Source: Schizochytrium sp. TIO01 (Eukaryota > Protista > Bigyra: Labyrinthulomycetes). From it: 64,000 bases of DNA. Below are positions 32,581-45,553 of the stretch, one piece after another. The notes below the pieces were generated by a model that searched no databases, was not told where the DNA came from, and saw only the letters and a program-made list of their open reading frames with translations. The stretch is taken from NCBI GenBank assembly GCA_004764695.1, contig SMSO01000025.1, forward strand, positions 3,472,001 through 3,536,000. The letters are read 5' to 3'. Each line of letters starts with the position of its first letter. The stretch's first letter is position 1. A program made the translations under genes and the position numbers.

Positions 32581-32774
32581 AATGAATCGTTCGATGAGCG
32601 AATCAATGGCAATGAATCAGTGAAAGAATGAATCGTTCAATGAATCAGTGAGTAAATAAATGAAAGAATGAATCGTTCAATGAATCAGTGAGTAAATAAA
32701 TGAATGAATGAATGAATGAATGGATGGATGGATGGATGAATGAAGGAATGGATGGATGGATGAATGAATGAATG
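32581..32774. repeat. 40-bp tandem duplication grading into (GAAT)/(GGAT) microsatellite
   Basis: tgaaagaatgaatcgttcaatgaatcagtgagtaaataaa occurs twice (32621-32700), with a degenerate copy upstream, followed by GAAT/GGAT units. Confidence 0.85.
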
Positions 32775-35700
32775 AGTGTCAACAGCTCAGCACTCACAAA
32801 GAGAAACAGGAAACGGGACACAGCGGCGATGGTTCGGAAGGAAGTGTTGTCTTTGCCTTAATTCTGGCCTCTTTGACCTTTTGGCGAAAACTGAGTACCA
32901 GACTGCTTGCCTACTTCAAGTTATTAATATATAAAGAGGAGGCCATGAAAACTTCCGCGACTTCGAACGAAGTCTTGAGCCCGTCTCGTGTGTATGTGTG
33001 TAAGTAAACAAATGCGTGAATGTATGTGTTGAAGATGATCCATCCATAGAAACTGCGCCCAACGAAGGCGAAGAAACAGCTCCAAAGCCGTGGCGCTGCG
33101 CAACGCCGTAAAAGGCAAGGCAATCTAACACACCAGTGCAGTGCAGATAATTATTTAATCATTAACAACTTACTTTCTTTCTTCTTACTCAAATCTTTCA
33201 TGTTTACAGAAGAACAATATCATTCGCAGCTCCCGCCCCTGATCTCAACTCTTTGGTCATTCCGCAGCCGAACCAGAGTTGAAGCAGTGGGGTAGAAGAG
33301 CCGTAGCACTTTAAAAAGTGCACTCTCGAAGTCGCTTGGAGCGTGCAGAACCGCGTAACTCGAAGTGAATGGATTAAAGGAGTGGGCGTCGACATGGCCA
33401 TCCTTTCCTGGAGCTGCTTTCCATGTTAGTCGCGACTCGTCATTTCATTTCAAAGATCCCATCTCTCTGAGACGCGGCTCAGGACCAGCCCACCTTAAGT
33501 TTCGCCTAAAGGTCGCTGTGCGGCCTATCTTATTGCCGTTCCTGGTGCCGGCTCAATTTCGTTCGACTAGTTTGGGATTAGAGGGATTCGTAGCAGTCGT
33601 AATCGAACACCCGAAAGACGAAATAGGGATGACATTTGCGAGTTAGCATGTACATGTATGTATGTATGTGAGTGTATATGCTTACGCCACGGCTTTTACT
33701 CAGGATACTTACTCGCAATTTTTAAAAGTGCGTTCGCGCTGCTTTCTAGCAGAGGAAAAACAAATGAAGGCAATTTGCGCCACAAATTTTGACAAATAAC
33801 AGAATCGCGGAATTTTGTAGAGACGGCGGCGCGTAAAGAAAACAAAACAACACGCGCAAAGCATTGTGCACGCCTCATGAAGAAGACTTCTTCGCGCGGG
33901 TCCACGTATATACAAGTATTGCCAACTTCGCATCTTTCTTCCACATTTTCTTTCTCCAAATGCGCCCAGTTGTCCAACATTCCAAAGACGTCTCAAATAG
34001 ATTGTTTGAATGTGCACGTGCGGCATGGAGCGCGTGGCCCAAAGCTTTGCGTGGCTTAGCTGGGCCTTCGTGAAATTCTGAACGCTGGCTGCTAGTCTCT
34101 AGAGCAATCTGGACAGGGCAGCCAACCCAAATCGCTCACGCAATTATCACCAGCCAGCTTGAATTCCAAACGCAGCTGCGAAGCCGACTTCTAAAGCCCC
34201 TCTCGCCCAAGTCCCGGAGCCTCTCTGCATTATTGACGCGGGGTGCTCAAAATCAATCCTCGCAGACACACACGTGCGCATTGCATTTGGCATAAATTTG
34301 CCCCAATGACAGATTGCGATCTTTGCCATCATCCTTTCGCTGCTCATTCTCCTCTCCTTCTGCAGTTCCCAGGACAACTGCTGTTTAGCGCCGACGACGA
34401 TTGCGCATCTCAGATCATAATAAGAGAATTCGTCGCTCTCAAGGTCGGCATTCGCTCGAGGATTTACAGCAGACGGGTCAGAATCCGCGATCGTTTGCGA
34501 TTTAATAATGCGCTCCTCTCAAAGGACCCACTCCAACAAAAGAAGCTCCGCGGCGTGCAGATCGAGAGGAGCAAAAGGAGGCGTTACCGCGCTTACCGCG
34601 CTGCGGCGAGTCGGCCGTCTTCTCCAAAGATGCCACACGCCTCATTTGGCGTCGTCCCAGTCGCTCTTTCTTCGTCTCCGCGTTTTTCAGCCACCGCCGC
34701 TTTCCCCGGCTGTCTCTCCTGTAAAGCAGACCGAGCTTGATTGGATCTCTTGAGCTCCGTCAGCAGCAGCAGCAGCAGCAGCAGCGTCAGCAGCGCCGCA
34801 GTCTTCTTTCTTCGGTGGATCCGCCCTTCGAATCTGCTGTGCCATTTTATACCGCTTCGTTCTTTGGCGCCTCGAGAAATGCATTCCTGTGAAACTAAGA
34901 CAGAATGGATACGCAGTGTTTCTTTCTTTGTTTCTTTGTTTCTTTGTTTCTTTGTTTTTTTGTTTACTTATTGGGGTCCTACGATTTTCAGAGAAAGGGA
35001 AAAAGAAAACAATCAGAAGAAAACACTCTTTCGCGAGCTGTCTCTTTTTTCGGGGGCTTAGGAGCCGCTAGCCTACTCCTAACCCGTCCTCGCTTCGCCT
35101 TCTCTAAAGTGAACTAACTAACTAACTAACTAACTAACTAAGTATCTACTGGGTACTTCAAGTTGTTTTGGTTTTTGTTCTGTTTCTCGCTTTCCTTTTT
35201 CTCAGAGGCAGGTCTTCTCGAGCAGCCTCCTTTGTTAGCCGTCCGTGAGGACATCGGTCTGGTGGCGGCGGTGGCGGTGGCGCAGCTTCTGAGCGAGATT
35301 TGAGGGAGGGAGGGAGGGAGGCCTCCGTCTGTTTCACGCACGGAGATGATGCATCCTCGTCATTCCATGGGTGCCACGTGGGCATCCACTCACTCCCTTC
35401 CTCTTCCTTTTCCATTCACTTTCAACTTTCTCTTCGTTTTGTCTCTCTCTCTCTTCTTCTCTTCTCTCACAGTACATACATGGGTAGTACTAGCTAGCTA
35501 GCTAGCTAGACAGACAGACAGACAGACAGAAACTTTTGTTTTCCTTCTACTTTTGTAGAGGTTTGTATAACTGGAAAAAATAGAAATTAAAGTTAAGGTG
35601 AAAATATGGCACTAGGTCGGTACTACAGCCAGCCAGCAACTACTTCACTAGCTAGAAAATCGATTATGTTCATTATGAAGAACCTCCCAATTAAAACGCA

Positions 35701-37208
35701 GGCAGCTAATCAGTTGCTACCTCTACACAAGTTGCCACTACAATGTTTTAACTCGTTGCCTCTGATACTGAGTGATTTTGAGTCTTTAAGTGAGTTTGTT
35801 TTACTTTATTTCATTTCATTTCATATTTAATTTTAAAAAAAAAGAAAAGAAAAGAAATCAAAATCAAAATCAAAATCAAAATCGAAAGTAAATACTGGTA
35901 TGTATTAAAAGTTTGTTTGAGAACATAAATAAATCAAAAATAAACTTCAAAGTTAAAACCGACCTTCAAGTCGATAGAACGAGAGAAGGAGAGAGTACTG
36001 ATTGATGCTGTTCTGGTAAAATGAAAAGAGGGTCAAGACTGCGTGATGTTGACTCTCTCTGAGATTCCAGGATAATGAAGAAGAAGAAGAAGAAGAATGA
36101 AGAATGAAGAATGAAACGAACTCCGTTTCCATCGTTCCATCGTTTCCATCGTTTCGTCATCGCCATCACTTACATTGAAAACATTGACAAAGAGCCTCTA
36201 CCTGCATGAACTTTCTATTATTATTATATCGCTCGTTCTGCGCTTTCAGAAATCCAAGTGCTCCGGAGAATTGGATGACCAATCTTTTCTGAAGAACCTC
36301 GAGAGAGCTGCTGCGTGGCTGGTCGCCGGAGGGAGCTAGCTAGCTAAGCTTGCAGAGCCAAAGAAGAAGAAGGCGACCGAGGCTGCGAGAGACGCCCTCG
36401 GTTTTGACCGCTTCCGCTTTGGGCACGGAGTTTCGTTCCCCACTCGAAGCAGAGAAATGGCGAATCGATTGTTCTCCCGTAAACAGAATGGACAAAGCAG
36501 ATGGATCGATGAGGCTGACTTTGGCGCCTCTTTTCTTCGCATGTTTGTATGTATGTATGTATCCATCCCTCTCTATTATACATCCTTTCAAACTATTCAT
36601 ATCTTCAAATAAATGTTTAAATTAAAATTAAAAATAGTTAAAAGGAGGCTATCAACAGAAGAAGAAGGAAAAGAAGAAAGGGGATAACTTGAAACGAGGA
36701 ATCTTCGGGTTTTCAGCTGTAAAATGAACTATCCTTCGTTAATCGAGTGCTGCGGATTGAAGGCACTTGTGAGTCACGCGTCGCCTTCTTCAAAGCAACA
36801 GCCCTCAAAGACAAAATCCTCAAAGACAAAAGCAGCGGGGAGGAAGGTTTAGGCTGCTGCCAACTCGCCGAAGAAAGCATCATAAAGTTTTAAAGCTTCT
36901 TCGTGAACGAACGTTCTGTCTGCGACAGCGCTTGCTGAGACGATTCTTATTTTCCATGAAGAAGACGGTCGATCGACTTCTCCCTCCCTCCTCTTCGGGT
37001 CGCGCTTGAGACTACTCCTGAGCTGAGACTCTTGAGGCGCCGCCGATTGGCTCCTGCTGCCGACCTCCTCTTGTCTCTGCGAGCGGCACACAGACACACA
37101 CACAGACAGACAAATAGATAACTCGTTCGAGTCTTGACGATGCCCTGAGGTCCTCCAAGTTCTTCGAGTCGCTGCGTTCTCTGCCGTTGCGCAGCGCGTG
37201 AGAAAGAG

Positions 37209-37453
37209 AGAATGAATGAATGAATGAATGAATGAGTGATTAAGTGATTAAGAAATTAAGAGATTAAGAGATTAGGAGATTAAGAGATTAAGAGATTAAG
37301 AGATTAAGAGATTAAGAGATTAAGAGATTGCGTGGGCCACTTTGGTGTCGCATTCTCTTCGGTTCAATCACTCTTTAAGTAAGTAATGAAGTAATTAAGT
37401 ACGTAATGAAGTACCTAAGTACCTAAGTAAGTAAGTAAGTAAGTAAGTAAGTA
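37209..37453. repeat. Compound repeat (GAAT)n, (GATTAAGA)n, (TAAG)n
   Basis: Direct reading; about 8 GATTAAGA units near 37260-37329. Confidence 0.85.
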
Positions 37454-39625
37454 TGAGTAAGTTTGCTCAAGACTTGAAGAGCGGGTTCTTCTCTACTAGA
37501 GACAGACAGACCTACAGGTACTACTGCGCGAACCCGGGTTTGCGCTCCCGCTGCTTCAGGCGTGCTGCGAATGCTTCGTACTGCTTCTGATCGCGCGGCG
37601 TCCCCTCAGACTGCTCTCGCGGAGCAACGGGCGATTGATCGATTGATCCATCCGCCGGTTTGCTCGAATTGTTCAAACAGTTACTGGACGCTGACCCGAC
37701 TCGCTGACCGGTACCAGCGAAGCAAGTGTGGCCGTTCCAGCCCCAGAAAGCCTGCCTCGCGAGCGACCTCGAGCTCTTCTGGATGATCAAGTCCACGAAC
37801 TCTCAGAAGATTGACGCCGCTGCGTCATTCATTCATTCTTTCATTCATTCATTATAGTTCATTCATTATAGTTCATTCATTCGTTCCTGCGTCGAGAATG
37901 ATTGATTTGATTTCGCTCGTTGAAGCAAAGGATGCTTAGAAGAGGTCTGTCTGTCTGTGTGTCTGCTCGCGTTCGATCTGCCTAGTACCTTCCTTCACTT
38001 CGCTATAGCCACAGTTCTGCATGAGTGTGTTTGGCTGGCCGACTCGTCAGAGGAGAAAGGGATGATGCGGGCAGATGGCTAAAGAAAGGGTCGAACTGCA
38101 CGAGGGAGGAGTCGAAGGCGAAAAGAATGAACTCGGGCAAAGAAACAAACATGTAAACGAACGAACGAACAGGCCGCCTTGAGTTTTGATCCTTTGACTC
38201 AAAATAAATAATAATAGACTTGAACTTGGAATCATAAATACAATATGTATTATTAATTATTTTTTTAATTTGTATTTTTACCAAGAAAGATAAGGTTGAG
38301 GGGAAACAGAATTATTGAAAAAGAAATGATGTGATGACTCGCGAGAGAGCCTGCGTTTAGGGCATTTCTGAATGGATAAAGCTGATACCACACCTGTTGA
38401 ACGCTTAGAAACTTGTTTTGATAATCCCCCGAGTATAGGTTTTGTAGTAGGTGAGTAATTTCGAAGAAGAGCTTGAAGAAGAGACTTGATCAGCCTTTTC
38501 AGGACCCAGTTCTAGGAAGCCTTCAAAGGGAAAGAAAGAGTGGCAGGCTCAAGTCTAATTCTTTCATTTCATTTTCTCTCTCTAGAGAGAGAGAGAGGTA
38601 GTAGGATTTATTTACTTATCATTGGTTTTAAAACATTCCTCTTTTCCTCTACTTACTTCTTGGAAAGACTGCAGGCGCAAACACAGAGCGTCAGTGTTTA
38701 GCAATTACATGCACAAAGACACTGCTCTGCACAAGGTTAACTGATGTCGAAGAAACATCCATGATCATGATGGTATCCCATCCAGGTATCTGCTTTGGTC
38801 GATTCAATCTCCGCCCACTCTCTGCAAGCGAACAGGACCTCACAGGGATCCTCGCTTTGGCTATGCAACGTCAGAGAGGGTCTCTGTGAATCGTCGAGGC
38901 TGGTTTAAAGGAAAAGCAAGCGAGCAAGCGCTTTCGCGGGATGGAGAGAGAGAGAGAGAGAGAGAGATAATCATTCCCCTCGTGTGCTATGTTAATTAAA
39001 ACATGGAGTTGGTACAGTAGCTAGGCACTACCAGTGCCGCTACTGTGTGGAGGGTTTACGTAGTTTACTTTAAGTAAAGATAAAGTAAGAATGAAGAGAA
39101 ACTCAAGACTTCACTCTTTTCATCCTTTTCATCCCTTTTCCGGTAACATGCAAGCTTTTTTGCTTCGAATCTTAATTTTAAAAACAACTCTGGTGAAATG
39201 AAATACCTCTCTCTTTCTTTCTTTCTTTCTTTCTGTTATACAACTTTTAAAAAAAATATATATATATTTAAATAGATAAGAAGAAATAGTAAGCATAGCA
39301 CACCACCTGCACTTTAATTTTCTTGTTTAATTTGTCTGTACTCGTCTGTGGAGCAGTTAAAAAGGATCAAATACACTGCGAAGTGCGCGATTGCACCTGG
39401 GAGACGCCGGCATCGATCAATAGGGCGGTCATACCGCACCCACTTCAGGTCTACCTAGAAATGCGCTGCTGCTGCCGTTCCACAGCCTTAATTCGCTTTC
39501 TCTTCGAGCCTCTTCGAACTCCTTCGAACTCCTTCAAACTCCTTCGAGTCAGCTAAAAAGGCGGCCCACCCCGAGTCGCTTCCTTGGCGCCTCTCTCACC
39601 AAACGCAGCGTATCAGAAGACTGAC

Positions 39626-40045
<420 letters not shown>

Positions 40046-43000
40046 AGGGCACTCCGACAGACCTGAAGGCAGCGGCAGTAAGCGCCAACTTATTAGCAGC
40101 AGATCTCATGATGTCATGTCCCCTCTTTGGCTCTTACCGAACCAAAGCTGCGCATGGTGGATGTGTATTCAAGAAGTCGTGTGCATGGAGTTGTGGAATA
40201 ACGCAGACCTCCACGCTCTGCAAAGATCCCGCACAGGAGGAAGTCGCAAGCGTTCCTGTTCGGACTCAGAGAGAGGTGCAGAGGTGATTGATTATTGGCA
40301 TTGAAATGAATGGGGTCTGTCTCAATACTCGCATTGCAGTGAGTCGCATGCCGCATTTGGGAAGCACTTGGGTTAAACGCCATTGCTCCGTTCGTAACGA
40401 ATTGCCTACGAAGAGGACCCTACCTATAACAAAGAAAGAAACGCCAATGATGAATGGAATGAATGACGATGCCTCCTTTGACTTTTTCGATTTCTTTCAT
40501 GGGTATTTGTTTGTTTATTTTGGCCTGGTTGGTTGGTTGGTTTGGTGCGAACATCATCACTGGTTCTTTTGTACCCTGTTCTACTCTATTCTGCTCTGCT
40601 CTATGGCTCTGCTCCGGGATACATGATTGATTGAATACTCAAGTGCTCTTCGTCAAAGCACATAAATGAAACCAATATCAGCGAGAATGGTGTACTCCGA
40701 ATGTTCTTCAGAGTACAGCAGGCAGGTCATCATGCAGATACAGGACTTTTCTCAGCCTGTTTGCTGATCGTGCCTTCCGGTGTGTACTGCCATCATGGAG
40801 GCTCGATCTCTACTAAAGTTCGGCAAAGGAAAATAGCTTTTCTTCTTTGTGATACAAGGGAGAAATGAAAGAAAGCGGGACAAATGAAGTTTGTGTTTTC
40901 AACCATTTCCCTTCTTCTTTTTTTATAGTAAGATTAAATGCAAGCAGGAGTAGACACTCTTGAGTTCCACTCATGAGACAATACTCCGCTCTGTTTGTCC
41001 AGATTCAAGCTGTTTATCATTTTGATCGTTGACGTCTCGTGTGTGCGCGTGAGCTCATCGTCTTTTGTGTAAAGTGTTTTCCCTCACTATTTCAAGTAAT
41101 CGCAGTCCTGTTTTCTCGCATGATTATACTGACTGTACCAGGGTGCAAACTACAAGTATGCATCTCGATCGAGCGGAAGAAAGTCTTGCTTGATCGTGCC
41201 ACGAGGTCCGTCGTGTCTGTATTTGACTTCACCATCACTGAGAAGGCGCACTCAAGAGCTTCGGAGCTAAATACAGCGAAAACAATGCTTCCCTCATGCA
41301 TCAAAGTTGTCAGCGCGAATTGAAACAGCGCTCGCGTTGGGCCTTCAATCATCGGGCTCTCAATCGAGCATTTGTATGAATCACTAAATCTAAAGATATT
41401 GATGTGTAGATTTCATTTTCTTTTTTAAATAATTGGAATACATTAGGAAAAATAAAAATAAAAATACTCAACGCTTCTGGTGTGTCCTTCAACCTGTAAA
41501 GAGTCAATTGCTGAAAGAATCACATGAGATTCTCAACTTCAACTTTTCCGAATTGAGCTCATTCTCTAAACCAGAAAACCCTCCTTCTCTCCTTTCGCAT
41601 TAAAATGTTCTAGCACTTACTATGCACGACGCGTGCCGCGTTAAAAAGGTTAGTAAATTTATAATCTTCATTTTCAAAAATAAATTTAAAACGTTGTTAA
41701 TTTAATTTAAATTAATTAAGAAAGTATATACATCAAAAAATCTTGTAGAAACTAATAAGATACTGATAAATAAAGAAGCAGGAGGAGCTCAGCTCACCCC
41801 TTGCCTAGTGTTTCCTGTGACAGAATTCTACCCATGCTCAGTCCTTGTGTAGATTGAAATGAAAAGAAAGGAAGAGATAGAAAAAGGGAACACGGTTCGG
41901 GAGCACGTGCAGCCCCAACGCAAGCGTGGCTGCCCAAGAACATCGTGCGCCGCAGCGGCGGTTTGGCGTGTGGCACTCGCCATAGCCACCGATTTCATGT
42001 TCGCTCGAACGATGCTCGCCCCTGTTCCTGGCTGGGCTGGCTGCGTTGCTTTTGCTTCGCTTGCCTTGCTTTGCTTTGCTGCTTGACTGACTGACTGACT
42101 GTGACTGACCCTGGGCAAGTGGTTCTCTTTTTGTTTTTAGCCTTTTAGCCTTTTAGCCTTTTCGGTACGTGCCGTCACAGCAGCTTTAGCAGTCGATCAA
42201 AAGGACTTTCTTTCCAGGCTCTCGCAGAACTGCAAGCTCGGAATCTCGGACTCCGGCGAAGAGCATAGCGGAGCTTGTCAAGATCGCTGACGTGGTGCCA
42301 GACAGAGCGCTGTTGAATCAACAACGGTCCCGACCCGCATTCACAGTCGCCCGCTAGGGTCCGCTGTTTTGCGGCATGCAGCCACTGCTGGGTCGTCTAC
42401 ATCGCCGCAAAGGGAGCGCGTGGACAATTTTGGGGCGTGTGCCATGTATGATCATTCAAGTTCATGGAGTCGTGGATTCAAGTTGAATTGACACGCTCTG
42501 TGTGCCTGCCTCTCAGCGCGAGTGAGCGAGCGAGGGAAGGTCTGCAGGAAGGAATACACAGAGACCGGAAGTGCAACGCTCGAAAGAGGTAACGGCGGCC
42601 TCGCAGGCAACTCGCACAGGCTGTGAGTCTGTGAACCAACCTCCATTACTCATAGGTATGCCTGGCTGTTCTGAAGGAAGATCGCGCAAAGGAAGTAAGT
42701 ATTTAAGCTGAGCACTGAGTGCTGAGTGGTCCGGGCGCAAGGCTCAGGATGCTATCTGACAGCCTAGGGTATGCATTGCTTCATTCTGCGAGGATAATTG
42801 TAGAATAATGGTACATGGGTTAAATTACACGAATAGCACGAAGGATGATACTTGACAAGAAGTTGGTTATTGAATATTTATTGATGGGAAATACAAGCTG
42901 CCTTGAAGTGCAGCCTGGGTGCTTGCACGAAGGGTGCTACAAATGTCAAAGTGCAATAAAGACCATCTGAAGGTCCTTACAGAATAGCTCGAGCATGTTT

Positions 43001-43303
43001 AATATGAGCAATGTGTTATAGGCGCAGATCGCCATAGCAACTCTGTATTCATTTAGACTATCATATTACGTATAGAATATGCGCAAACTGATTTATTGAG
43101 GTTGTGATTGTATCTACTTTCGTACTCTTCTTCACTTTCACTCTTAGGATATCTATCATGTATGGGGATGACTTCTTCAGCCAATGTGATGCCTCTTCGG
43201 CCTGCAATTAAAAGTCCGCATTTCTGATCATGTTTGCATCATGAGTTCAGTCAAATTCTAAAACATTATAGTCTTATGTAATATAACCACAATTTGAGTG
43301 TGC

Positions 43304-43337
<34 letters not shown>

Positions 43338-43900
43338 TTCTTCAAATCACTACAACCCCTGTTCCCTTCATCAAGGTAGATACCCTTCCAAACATTATGA
43401 CATTTTATATTAGCATGAATGCATTCACAATTCATTCTATGGAAGAGGCCCTTCTCTGATATATAATAGGTAAGAGAGAGTCATCTCGCTTCTTCTGAAA
43501 TGAACTCTAATGTGCCTACGCTCATTTGTCCACTCTCGTTGGCGAGCATTTCCGAGCGCACGCTCAGGACTTGTTCATACACTCGTTATTTCCCCAGAGC
43601 TGGCTGGTTGTTTCATTAACCTATACTTTATTTTATTTTAAAATTGAAAATATCTTTTTTTCAAAGTCCTAGTGATGTCGCGTCTTCCAAGTTATTTCTT
43701 TTTCTTTTAATTTCCTTATAGTAAAGTAAATAAATAATGAAATATCTATTCTTTAAAATTAAAAAATGCAAATATAATTTTTTAATATAATAAAAACAAT
43801 TTCTACTTTAATAAAGAAAAGATAGAAGAATGGTCACAAATATTGGAGAAACTTCCACGTACTTAATATTACATCAATAGTTTCCTTTCTAGCAATTTAT

Positions 43901-43902
<2 letters not shown>

Positions 43903-43961
<59 letters not shown>
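43903..43961. repeat. (AAC)n microsatellite
   Basis: About 19 AAC units. Confidence 0.9.
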
Positions 43962-44240
43962 AACACCTTTCTTACTTATCACCTAATATTTGTAGAATAT
44001 CTTCAACAAATTAAACATCATTGTGGTGTTTTATTATTGAAATCAGCAAAGTCTTCGCATCTTGAATATCAGTCCATACAACCTACTACCAACCCTACCG
44101 CCCAAAGTAAAACCTTGAAAGGTTACAGGTCGACCCTCGCCTCTGCAGTTGCCATCCATTCCTCGTCAACATCTGCTACGCAATAAAAGGCAACTCAAGC
44201 TGCCTCAAAAGGTGCCCACCCCACCTTCTAAATGTGTATA

Positions 44241-44325
44241 TTGCTATCAGTCGCCTTCAGTCGCCTTCAGTCGCCTTCAGTCGCCTTCAGTTGCCATCAA
44301 TTGCTATCAATTGCTATCAATTGCT
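44241..44325. repeat. 10-bp tandem repeat (TCGCCTTCAG x4 flanked by TTGCTATCAA/G variants)
   Basis: Direct reading of the 10-bp periodicity. Confidence 0.85.
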
Positions 44326-45467
44326 CCAGCTCGCTTTTGTATGAAATCCCATGACTGGCACTAGTACACCCTTAGTTTCTCTTATCGCATCTTCTCTCTC
44401 TTCACACCCTTCGCGACTCGACTCGACTCCCGCTCCGCTAGTGCTGAGTCCTTGCGAATCACAAGAACGAAACAGCTCCGCCAACAATGCGAACGAAGAG
44501 CGTAAACATGAGGGCTTTCTTTCACCTGGTTGAACCGCGCACCCAAACGTTCTGCGCTCTCGTGGCGCTGGTTCGCTTGTGGATAAGCGTGAACCGGAAC
44601 GTCATAGGTAGAAGCCCTAAATGAGACACGCATGCGCGGCCCTCACCAGTCCCCTTCTTCTGCATATGATCCAAGAGTTCCGCAGAGTCGAAGAGAGATA
44701 GATAGATAGTAGATAGATAGATACCCATGAAGAGGGACTCTCCTGAGTCGCTGCCAGAGACCACGATGAATCAATCAATCAATCAATCCTTGCTGCTGCA
44801 GTTCCTGAGGCTGCGAAGAGTCCCTGCAGACCCGCGAGGCCGCAGCATCCATTGCAAGCGAACCAAGTCAACGCCTTAAATGTACGCGCCGCTCACGCAC
44901 TCACTCAGCTCGCAGATCTCAAGACCCAACAAAGGAGCCTGAACTGCACGTGCATGCGAGCACCTTCAGGGTGTGCACTCGCCCGGTTCCGCTGCTGTCC
45001 TACCCTTATGCCTAGGTGGCCGTAGGTACCTTCGAAGGAGCGAGTTACAGCAGATTTGAGCCGTCGAGCCACAGGTGCGTCCGCAGAAACCTCGGTTCTG
45101 CAGCTCCAATCAAGCTCTGCACTTCAAGCTCTGCGGCTTCGAGACCCGTTCTGCGTGCAGCGGTGCATGCGCCCTCGCCAGGCGGACAGACATGGACGCC
45201 GCTGCCGGCGCCGGCAGGAAAGAGGTTGCTTGCTCACGCGAAGACTCGCAGGCACAGAAGTTCTGTGCCTGTCTACGAGGGGTATCGCCGCTCGAAAAGC
45301 GGCCAATAGGGCGTGCGGAGCCCCCTTCAGAAGCTGGCTGCTACGTCGAATAAGCGCGGTCCATTAAGCGGCTTTGATATAAGCAGGCGCGTACGACATA
45401 GATGGCGCTTCGGGGTCTGCGCCTTTGCGGAATTACGGCCCTTGAAACGCTACTCTTAATTGGGGGC

Positions 45468-45469
45468 GA

Positions 45470-45529
<60 letters not shown>

Positions 45530-45553
45530 AGGAAGGAAGAAAGAAGGAAGGAA
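45468..45553. repeat. (AAAG)n/(AAGG)n polypurine microsatellite
   Basis: Direct reading. Confidence 0.9.

Noticed and set aside
32621-32700. CRISPR-like array in the 40-bp (and 67-bp) repeats
   Set aside because: Head-to-tail duplications without spacers, in eukaryotic context with no cas genes.
40940-41620. Possible small spliced minus-strand gene (ORF 41092-41352 with nearby splice-like sites)
   Set aside because: I could not build a consistent exon chain and see no family motif.
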